Shown here: piece after piece, positions 46,450 to 53,408 of the stretch
Layout: the number at the start of each line of letters is the position of its first letter
How positions within the stretch are numbered: position 1 is the first letter of the stretch
IMG/VR virus record: IMGVR_UViG_3300030329_003629
Coordinates: 1-53,444 of that record
DNA length: 53,444 bases
Reading direction: 5' to 3' (one strand)
From: a virus
Taxonomy: Duplodnaviria > Caudoviricetes
Position numbers and translations under genes: made by a program
The notes under the pieces: model-generated
The model's input: the letters and a program-made list of their open reading frames with translations, nothing else
Told to the model about the DNA's origin: nothing
Database searches by the model: none

Positions 46450-46686
46450 CTATCCCCAGCTTCCATCAAGGCGACTTCCCTTACGTCCCTTCTCTCGTTT
46501 TTTCTTTAACATTTTTAATCTTAAGTCTATTATCTTACTTCGCTTCTTTCCATCTAAAATTCTTTGATCTTGCTTATTTTCAAGTTTCTGAATCTTTGCT
46601 ATTGTGTCTTTATATTTTACCTCTCGCTCGGTGTTGACAGGTCTTTGTTTTAGTTTAACTCTTTTATGTTTAGTGTGATTAGACAT
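46450..46686 (-). CDS. small basic protein
   Basis: Very K/R-rich, 78 aa. Confidence 0.55.
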   Translation of the reverse strand: MSNHTKHKRVKLKQRPVNTEREVKYKDTIAKIQKLENKQDQRILDGKKRSKIIDLRLKMLKKKREKGRKGSRLDGSWG

Positions 46687-47005
46687 TTTCTTCTTTTTCT
46701 TTTTTCTTCTTTTTCCACTCTTCGATTAGTTTAGCTGCTGAAGCTAATTGGTCTTTTACGCTCTTTCCTGCAGGTTTCTTCTCTTTCTCTTTTGTTTTTT
46801 CTGGTGTGGTGTCAAAGTTTATTTTACTTTTCTTTAAAACGGTAGTTTTAGTGCTTTCCTCTTCATTAGGACCCGGATTCATTTTTAATTTTCCTCCCGT
46901 TAATCGAGCATAAGAATCAGCTTGAGCTTTACCTACCGCATTGTAAGCAAACTTTCTTTTTTTATTTTTTCCACTATCAGGACATTTATAACTTACTGTT
47001 GGCAT
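46679..47005 (-). CDS. basic hypothetical protein
   Basis: MPTVSY...KFAYNAVGKAQA...YA..TGGK. Confidence 0.65.
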   Translation of the reverse strand: MPTVSYKCPDSGKNKKRKFAYNAVGKAQADSYARLTGGKLKMNPGPNEEESTKTTVLKKSKINFDTTPEKTKEKEKKPAGKSVKDQLASAAKLIEEWKKKKKEKEENV

Positions 47006-47016
47006 AATTATATATA

Positions 47017-47295
47017 TTAAGGTTTCATTTTAAATTGAGGAGTCTTAGATAAAGGGTTAGATAAATCTCTTATCTTTTCATCTACCTTAGCAGCTCTTTT
47101 TTGAACACGCTTTAATCTCCGATTAGTTCTCTTGAAAAGTCTGTCTAACTTTTTCTTTTTCTTTTCGTCACTGATATCCCGCTTTTCAATCTCCTCTCTT
47201 TTATCATCAGCTTTTCCTGTTATCTTTTGAGCACGGGATGTAAGACGAGCATCTCTCTTTTTAAGTCTATGCAACTTTTTCTCTGAATCTGGCAT
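47017..47295 (-). CDS. small basic protein
   Basis: K/R-rich; probable start MPDSEK downstream of the promoter box at 47318. Confidence 0.55.
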   Translation of the reverse strand: MPDSEKKLHRLKKRDARLTSRAQKITGKADDKREEIEKRDISDEKKKKKLDRLFKRTNRRLKRVQKRAAKVDEKIRDLSNPLSKTPQFKMKP

Positions 47296-47317
47296 AATTT
47301 TAGTATTTTTGTTTTGA

Positions 47318-47325
47318 CAAAGATA
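47318..47325 (-). promoter_or_regulatory. -7 promoter box TATCTTTG
   Basis: In the divergent gap before the basic-protein cluster. Confidence 0.75.
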
Positions 47326-47338
47326 CAAATTAAATTTA

Positions 47339-47809
47339 ATGCCAAATATAATAAGAAAGAACTACGATAGAGTTCAACCCTCTCATGACTATATGAAGTA
47401 TTGGAGGGTGATAAGGTACTGGGCTAAAGCCAAGTACAAGATCGGAACTCCCGATATAGATATGTTATTTTTCCTTTATAGCGAACAAATATTTAATAAA
47501 AGTAAATTTAAAGAGTTTGAAGAGTGCATGTCTTGGGATGAACCCAGATTTCATAGGCTCTTAAAAGAAGGATGGATACACATTTGGCGTAAACGTAAAG
47601 GTAATGAAACAACCTTATATGAACTATCTTATCAAGGTAAACGTCTGGTTAACACACTGTATAAGAAATTAAATGGAGAAGAGATAGGTGAAAGCCCTCA
47701 AGCTAATCCTTTATTTAGACACGATGCTTCTTATATGGATAAGGTTTATCGTAATATGATTATAGAAATGAATAAGTTTATAAAACAACAACGACATCTC
47801 TCTCAGTAA
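47339..47809 (+). CDS. winged-helix-like protein
   Basis: MLFFLY...RFHRLLKEGWI...LYELSYQGKRLV: MarR-like wing pattern. Confidence 0.6.
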   Translation: MPNIIRKNYDRVQPSHDYMKYWRVIRYWAKAKYKIGTPDIDMLFFLYSEQIFNKSKFKEFEECMSWDEPRFHRLLKEGWIHIWRKRKGNETTLYELSYQGKRLVNTLYKKLNGEEIGESPQANPLFRHDASYMDKVYRNMIIEMNKFIKQQRHLSQ

Positions 47810-48035
47810 TCACTGTATAAGGATTGTCTTCAATTAACATTTCATGACCTGCCGCTTTGTCATAATAAATAATATCTCCCTCGTTTATTACTGCCACATC
47901 TGTTCCTTGTTTAATTACCTCTCCTTTCATGTATCTAAAGTCAGAGGCGTCTTGAGCAGATAATAGCAGTCCTGATTTTGTTTTAAGCTCTTCGTTTATT
48001 TTTTTTATTACTATGTATTTCCCTATTGGTTTCAT
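47778..48035 (-). CDS. groES: co-chaperonin GroES
   Basis: MKPIGKYIVI...KTKSGLLL...GEVI..G...EGDIIYY...VITERDVVVVL. Confidence 0.9.
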   Translation of the reverse strand: MKPIGKYIVIKKINEELKTKSGLLLSAQDASDFRYMKGEVIKQGTDVAVINEGDIIYYDKAAGHEMLIEDNPYTVITERDVVVVL

Positions 48036-48107
48036 ATTGTTTTAAATTTGATTCTATTTTATTCTCTTCTGATCGAAATACCCATTTTAATAACCTTCTT
48101 AACATTC

Positions 48108-49757
48108 CTAATCTCTTTTGTGAGTTACAATAGCATTAGTAGTAAGAATAGTCGTGGCTACACTAATAGCATTTAATAAAGCATTCTTTGTTACTTTCAC
48201 TGGATCTACAATTCCTAACTTAAACATATCTCCATACTCTCTATTAAAGACATCATATCCTTTATTATTAAAAGGAGGGTGAGGAGCATTCTCACTATCT
48301 CCCATCATTTCTTTGGTATATATTTTCCCCATAATTTCATCTGGGTCTAATCCAGCATTTTTTAATATCTGCTCTAAAGGAGCTCGTAAGGCTTCACGTA
48401 ATATCATCTCCGAAGCTTGATCTTCACCAATTATTTCATCAGTTGCATCTTCACAAGAACATCCAAAATGACGGTGGGTATCATATAAAAATAATCCTCC
48501 TCCTGCAATTATCCCTTCCTGCAGGGCGGAACGCACTGCACAGACCGAGTCATCGACTCGGTCAAATTTTTCTTTTTGCTCTATATCAGAATTAGCACCT
48601 ACATAGATACATGCAATCCCTCCAACTAAACTCGCTATTCTTTCGTTAATAAAGTCTTTCTCATGTTTAGCTGTTAACTGTTCTTGTTGTTCTCTAAGTT
48701 CCTCTACTCTTTTAGTAGTCTCTTTTGTTATCTCTCCATTTTTAATTAAGATAGTAGAATTTTTTCCTACAATAATTTTATCTGCATGACCTAAGTCTTG
48801 CATGTTTATAATAGATAAATCATCTCCTGTCTTTTCAGAAAAATATTTAGCTCCGGTTGCAAAAGCAATATCCTGCATAAGCTCATGTGTTTTATATCCA
48901 AATGATGGAGGAGCAATATTACATAGCTTTAAACCATTACGAGCCACATTCGCTGCTAATGTGTTTATAACATTTACCGAGCATTCTCCAATAATTAAAA
49001 GTTTTTCTCCTGAATTTATAATTGGTTTAAGAACATTCTCAATTTGAAGAATATTATTAATCTCAGTGTCACATATTAAAACTTTAACATTCTCTAATAT
49101 ACACTCGTCTTTTCTTTGATCATTCACAAACATAGGAGATGACCAACCTCTATCTATCTTTATTCCATTAGTTACATCACAATATGTTTTATCTGTCTGA
49201 GATCTTTCTACTGTTACAATCCCATCCTTTCCTACTTTCCTATATGCCTCAGCTACTATCTCACCAATCTCTTTCTCATTGTTAGCAGAAATAGAAGCAA
49301 TATCATCTAACATATCATCCGTTACCTGTACTGCATTTTTATTAAGGTTTTTTACAATCATCTCTACATCATACTTAACTCCCCAAATAACATCCCATAT
49401 ATTATGCTGAGGTTGAATCCATTTTATTCCTGCTTGAATTAATGCTTCTGTTAAAACAATAGCGGTTGTTGTACCATCGCCAGCGACATTCGCTGTTTTC
49501 TCCGAAGCTTGCTTTACCATTTTTACCGCGAGGTTCTCAACCGGATCCTCTAAATCGATAGACTTAGCTACGGTTACCCCGTCCTTAGTTACTGTTAATC
49601 CTTGCGTATGATTATTAGATTCAATAATTACTGTTTTACCGCTTGGACCTAATGTGCTTTTTACTGCTTGTGAAATTTTAGAGATTCCTGATATAAGTTT
49701 ATCTCTTCCCTCTTGATCAAAAGAGAGGTCTTTTGGAGTGTACCCTGGGTTCTGCAT
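48108..49757 (-). CDS. groEL: phage-encoded chaperonin GroEL
   Basis: VKSTLGPSG, TKDGVTVAK, AGDGTTTA, EGIIAGGG, GIVDPVKVT. Confidence 0.97.
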   Translation of the reverse strand: MQNPGYTPKDLSFDQEGRDKLISGISKISQAVKSTLGPSGKTVIIESNNHTQGLTVTKDGVTVAKSIDLEDPVENLAVKMVKQASEKTANVAGDGTTTAIVLTEALIQAGIKWIQPQHNIWDVIWGVKYDVEMIVKNLNKNAVQVTDDMLDDIASISANNEKEIGEIVAEAYRKVGKDGIVTVERSQTDKTYCDVTNGIKIDRGWSSPMFVNDQRKDECILENVKVLICDTEINNILQIENVLKPIINSGEKLLIIGECSVNVINTLAANVARNGLKLCNIAPPSFGYKTHELMQDIAFATGAKYFSEKTGDDLSIINMQDLGHADKIIVGKNSTILIKNGEITKETTKRVEELREQQEQLTAKHEKDFINERIASLVGGIACIYVGANSDIEQKEKFDRVDDSVCAVRSALQEGIIAGGGLFLYDTHRHFGCSCEDATDEIIGEDQASEMILREALRAPLEQILKNAGLDPDEIMGKIYTKEMMGDSENAPHPPFNNKGYDVFNREYGDMFKLGIVDPVKVTKNALLNAISVATTILTTNAIVTHKRD

Positions 49758-49788
49758 TGTAGTTTATTTTAGTTAATTTAATTTTATG

Positions 49789-49796
49789 CAAAGATA
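49789..49796 (-). promoter_or_regulatory. -7 promoter box TATCTTTG (groEL-groES)
   Basis: 31 nt upstream of the groEL ATG. Confidence 0.75.
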
Positions 49797-49816
49797 TAAA
49801 AATATATATATAATTT

Positions 49817-50007
49817 ATGTTAACATGTTAATCTTCTTTTTCTTTTTTATATATATATATTTCTTTCTTATATATATTATTTTTTATTTAAAAAAAAGGA
49901 CTTCAACTTAACATATTAACATATTTAAATATAAAGTATTAATAATCAATAAGTTATAAAATGTTGAGTTTAAAATAAGTCAACATAAATATGTTAAAGA
50001 TTAACAT
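49817..50007. repeat. AT-rich region with nine TYAACAT heptamers in both orientations
   Basis: Copies start at 49817, 49820, 49825, 49908, 49916, 49961, 49980, 49991 and 50001. Confidence 0.7.
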
Positions 50008-50014
50008 ATAAGAT

Positions 50015-50046
50015 AAAAAAAAGAGGCAAACCTAAGTTTAACCTCT
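50015..50046 (-). terminator. intrinsic terminator
   Basis: AGAGGTTAAAC-TTAG-GTTTGCCTCT (imperfect stem) followed by a U-tract, after ORF 50076-50288. Confidence 0.7.
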
Positions 50047-50075
50047 CTTCACACAACAGAACAAATGGGTTCTTT

Positions 50076-50288
50076 TTAGAACTCTAACTCTCTCCAGTTC
50101 TTTTTGTCTTCAGCTAATTCAATTCCCTCAGCTATCATATTTATTTTTCTATCGTTCTTAACCGCTCTTTTAATTCGAGCCGCTTGAGCAATACCTGTTT
50201 CTCCGTCAGGACGATCATTAATTAATCTTCCGTCTTTAACGTAAAGTCCATTTACGTAATCTGATGTTGTGCTTGTTTTCTTTGCCAT
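50076..50288 (-). CDS. hypothetical protein
   Basis: GLYVKDGRLINDRPDG; followed by a terminator. Confidence 0.7.
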   Translation of the reverse strand: MAKKTSTTSDYVNGLYVKDGRLINDRPDGETGIAQAARIKRAVKNDRKINMIAEGIELAEDKKNWRELEF

Positions 50289-50305
50289 TGTCTTTTATTT
50301 TTTAG

Positions 50306-50423
50306 TCATTTGTTTAAACGATTTAGAGATATCCTTTTTTATTTTATTGAACTCAGCTTGCGATATATTATCTCTCTTTTCCTTTTTTCTTTTATACTTT
50401 TTTCTGAGCCCTGATGTTTTCAT
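50306..50423 (-). CDS. short basic peptide (not in ORF track; end approximate)
   Basis: MKTSGLRKKYKRKRKRD... just downstream of the promoter box at 50438. Confidence 0.35.
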
Positions 50424-50437
50424 TGCTTTATTTTTTA

Positions 50438-50445
50438 CAAAGATA
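50438..50445 (-). promoter_or_regulatory. -7 promoter box TATCTTTG, first promoter of the minus-strand block
   Basis: TAnnTTTG match at the edge of the non-coding switch region. Confidence 0.7.
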
Positions 50446-50953
50446 TAAAATTTTTTTAGATGTCTGGGGGTTGAGGGTTATTATAGGATATACGAAGGCA
50501 CCTCGCCTTAGGAAATGAAAAAAAAATTGCACCCCCCCCTAACCGATTTGGAAATTTCCACCCGAACTTTTTGAGGTTTTTTTGGGGGACTACGTAACCC
50601 CACCTACCCACCTAACTATACTTGCTCTTAGTTGCTTGTTCGTTCTCCTTTGCTACTCTTAATGTCTACGAGTTAACGCATACCTTCCCTCATTTAGCAG
50701 AGGAAGAGAGAAGATACCTTCCCTTAATCACTTTGTTAAGACAAAGAGAGAGTAAGGTTAACCACCCCACCATCCCCAAAATACATAAACAAAACAACAA
50801 AATTATCAACACCTTAAACGATTGATAATCAATATACTTACAAGAGAGAATTATATGTGACAAGAAAATAATTGCAATTAACCATTGTCAATCCAAATTA
50901 AATCACGATATTTGCACTACAATTAAACAATTAGTAATCAAAAACACACAATT

Positions 50954-51163
50954 ATGAACAAGCAAAAAATCATTAAGAACATCATTGAGTTAAACAATGA
51001 GAGAGGTAATCTAAGAGAGAAATTAATGCTACCTAAAGATAAGGCACACTTAAAGCATTTATTAGAACGTATTGATAGTGTTACTGCTGAGATGTCAATG
51101 GAGATTGTATACTTGGAGAACGCAGTAAATAAAGAACAAGCGTTACTCAATATGCAAGATTAA
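50954..51163 (+). CDS. early hypothetical protein (coiled coil)
   Basis: Preceded by AAACACACAATT-ATG. Confidence 0.7.
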   Translation: MNKQKIIKNIIELNNERGNLREKLMLPKDKAHLKHLLERIDSVTAEMSMEIVYLENAVNKEQALLNMQD

Positions 51164-51172
51164 ACCTTAACC

Positions 51173-51239
51173 ACCACCGAATGGCTCGTACTGAATTAAG
51201 TACGGGCTTTTCGTGGTAGGGGACAATAGTGTTTCCTAC
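51173..51239 (+). ncRNA. intergenic structured RNA (long hairpin plus second hairpin), copy 1
   Basis: ACCACCGAATGGCTCGTACT-GAATTA-AGTACGGGCTTTTCGTGGT, then GTAGGGGACA-ATAG-TGTTTCCTAC. Confidence 0.7.
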
Positions 51240-51256
51240 AATTTAAACACACAATT

Positions 51257-51766
51257 ATGAACACACAAGAATTAACAATGAGATTAGATATGCTCATTCC
51301 AACGCAATGGTTATCTAACACTTTTACTGATGGATTATGGGATAGAGATGCTCACAAAGAGATACTATCAAAGGTAGTAGAATTGAATCCTAAATGGGTA
51401 GAGCGAGTAGTGAATTCAACAACAGGATTACATACTGATGGAGAGTTAAAGTTATCTGATGTACTACATGACTTTAAAGGTATCTACTCTGAAGATGAGC
51501 ATTTCCTACCGAGAATATCTACTGAAGTTACTGATGATGAGGTGTATGGATACACTAACATACAAACCTACCGATTATGTTTAGTATTAGACAATGAGCC
51601 GACTGAATGCTCTTATAATCCTTTAGAGAGATTCTTTGAGTTAGTATCTGATGAAGAATTTGAGATTACTGATATTAATCTTATCAATTGGAATGAGGTA
51701 ATTGAGAGATACTCGGAGAGATTAGTAGAGGGATATGAGTATAAACACCAAGTACAATTAGTATAA
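51257..51766 (+). CDS. early acidic hypothetical protein
   Basis: 169 aa; same leader motif. Confidence 0.75.
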   Translation: MNTQELTMRLDMLIPTQWLSNTFTDGLWDRDAHKEILSKVVELNPKWVERVVNSTTGLHTDGELKLSDVLHDFKGIYSEDEHFLPRISTEVTDDEVYGYTNIQTYRLCLVLDNEPTECSYNPLERFFELVSDEEFEITDINLINWNEVIERYSERLVEGYEYKHQVQLV

Positions 51767-51767
51767 A

Positions 51768-51825
51768 AATACTCTGATGAGTCTGCTGAAATGCAACGAA
51801 ACACCTCGCAAGAGGTGTCAGTATT
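51768..51825 (+). ncRNA. type I hammerhead ribozyme 1 (cleavage after C51819)
   Basis: Stem I AATACT/AGTATT; core CTGATGA; stem II GT(C)TGC-TGAAAT-GCAAC; GAAA; stem III CACCTC-GCAA-GAGGTG; GTC cleavage triplet. Confidence 0.93.
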
Positions 51826-51844
51826 AATTAAAAAACACACACAA

Positions 51845-52270
51845 ATGGGATACAATACCGATTGGAATGGAGGACTAACACTTAGTAGAGAGTTGACTCC
51901 AAAAGAGCAAAAAGAATGGAATGCTATTATAGAAAATAGACATGATAGTGAGTATTTTGAGGGAGATGAACGTAGAGAGTTTCCGAGTATATGGTGCGAC
52001 TTTGAGATTGATGGTAAAGAGTTTAGATGGAATGGTAATGAGAAGACTTATGAGGGCATCGGCTGGATTAAATTCTTCCTGAATAAGCTAAAAGAATGGA
52101 ATAAGACAGAAAAAATCTATGCAGAGGGAGAATTAGAATGGCGAGGAGATGATGGAGATGAAGATATGGGAAGAGTAGTAGTAATAGGAATGGAAGTAGG
52201 AGGAAAACACACCATCCACATTGATAATGTAGTATTTGACTACGAAAGAGATAAAACATACTACATATAG
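51845..52270 (+). CDS. conserved early phage protein of unknown function (141 aa), flanked by ribozymes
   Basis: Probable start MGYNTDW after AAAAACACACACAA; PSIWCDF...WNGNEKTY...W...GELEWRG. Confidence 0.8.
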   Translation: MGYNTDWNGGLTLSRELTPKEQKEWNAIIENRHDSEYFEGDERREFPSIWCDFEIDGKEFRWNGNEKTYEGIGWIKFFLNKLKEWNKTEKIYAEGELEWRGDDGDEDMGRVVVIGMEVGGKHTIHIDNVVFDYERDKTYYI

Positions 52271-52321
52271 ATACTCTGATGAGGACTCAATGTCCGAAAC
52301 TACCGAAAGGTAGTCAGTATC
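52270..52321 (+). ncRNA. type I hammerhead ribozyme 2 (cleavage after C52315)
   Basis: Stem I GATACT/AGTATC; core CTGATGA; stem II GGAC-TCAAT-GTCC; GAAA; stem III CTACC-GAAA-GGTAG; GTC cleavage triplet. Confidence 0.96.
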
Positions 52322-52348
52322 ATAAGATACCAATTAAAAACACACACA

Positions 52349-52573
52349 ATGTATAAAACAATGGTTAAAGAAGCCCAAGAATTTTGGGGACAAGTAGCAT
52401 CCGAAAATGGATGGAGTATGAATGGTAGAGGATGTACAATATGGATAAACAAAGACAATGAAGTATTAGATAGTATCTACAATAAAGAAGATAATAAAGA
52501 ATCTTATATCGTAGAAGTAGAGATAGATAATGATGGATACTATGAGAATGAGATATTAATTAAAACAATATAG
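52349..52573 (+). CDS. early hypothetical protein
   Basis: Preceded by AAAAACACACA-ATG. Confidence 0.7.
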   Translation: MYKTMVKEAQEFWGQVASENGWSMNGRGCTIWINKDNEVLDSIYNKEDNKESYIVEVEIDNDGYYENEILIKTI

Positions 52574-52575
52574 AT

Positions 52576-52947
52576 ATGAAAAACAAATATGCACGAAAAT
52601 GTGATTACACAGGTAAAGGAATGAATACAGGATATGTATTTATTGATGACTCCTGTATGATAGATGATAGAGAATTATTTATCAAAGAATTAAGAAAAGA
52701 TAGAGAGGGTATTATTAACTTGATACCAAAAGATATCAAAGATATTCATGGCTTTGATAATTCTTGTTATCTAACTGAAAAAGAGATAGAGGAGTTGTCA
52801 AATAAAGTAGCAAATGCACTTAATAATAATGAAACTGATGAAGAGTTATGCGATATAGCATATGCAGTAGATTATTATTATTGGACACAATGGGAAGATG
52901 AATATGAGTATGAGGAAATTAATGGAGTATTAACTGAAATAGAATAG
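52576..52947 (+). CDS. early hypothetical protein
   Basis: ARKCDYTGKGMNTGY...YYWTQWE. Confidence 0.75.
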   Translation: MKNKYARKCDYTGKGMNTGYVFIDDSCMIDDRELFIKELRKDREGIINLIPKDIKDIHGFDNSCYLTEKEIEELSNKVANALNNNETDEELCDIAYAVDYYYWTQWEDEYEYEEINGVLTEIE

Positions 52948-52949
52948 AT

Positions 52950-53150
52950 ATGAAAATAAGAGATTATATAGCAGAGTTAATTATGATAACGTTATTCGCA
53001 ATTGTTATGTCCTCTTGCGGAATAACAAACAAATTAACTGATGAACAACTACACCACCGATCCCGAATTGAGTATGAAATGAATAAATTATGGAACGAAT
53101 ACCAAATAAAGAACGACTCTTTACTAATGGAATATTATAAAATTAAATAG
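52950..53150 (+). CDS. putative lipoprotein
   Basis: Basic N-terminus, hydrophobic core and lipobox-like MSS|C. Confidence 0.65.
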   Translation: MKIRDYIAELIMITLFAIVMSSCGITNKLTDEQLHHRSRIEYEMNKLWNEYQIKNDSLLMEYYKIK

Positions 53151-53187
53151 ATAAAGAAATTATTAATCAATTAAAAAACATATAGAT

Positions 53188-53388
53188 ATGATAGATTTAA
53201 AAAAAGAGCAATGTTATAATTGTGATGAGATGTATGAATGGAAAGAAGTACCAAGTGGATGGGATGAGGAGTATTGTACTGAATGTAATGAAAGATTAAA
53301 CCCATACTTATGTAATAACTGCAATGAAGAGGTAGATGAGCCGGATACCTTTTGTAGTAAATGGTGCAGTCAAGAGTATTGGTTATGA
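53188..53388 (+). CDS. small Zn-finger protein
   Basis: CYNC, CTEC, CNNC and CSKWC motifs. Confidence 0.7.
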   Translation: MIDLKKEQCYNCDEMYEWKEVPSGWDEEYCTECNERLNPYLCNNCNEEVDEPDTFCSKWCSQEYWL

Positions 53389-53408
53389 TTTAATTGTGTG
53401 TGTAGGAC

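Noticed and set aside
50622-50825. 67-aa ORF in the switch region
   Set aside because: TTG start, no leader motif, atypical composition
51531-51560. CTGATGA followed by a small hairpin, a possible third hammerhead (other CTGATGA matches near 51648, 52835 and 53038)
   Set aside because: No correctly placed GAAA, stem III or cleavage triplet; all lie in coding sequence (xDE/xDD codons)
51791-51844. ORF-track N-terminal extension MQRNTSQEV...
   Set aside because: It lies within ribozyme 1; the ATG at 51845 has the shared leader motif
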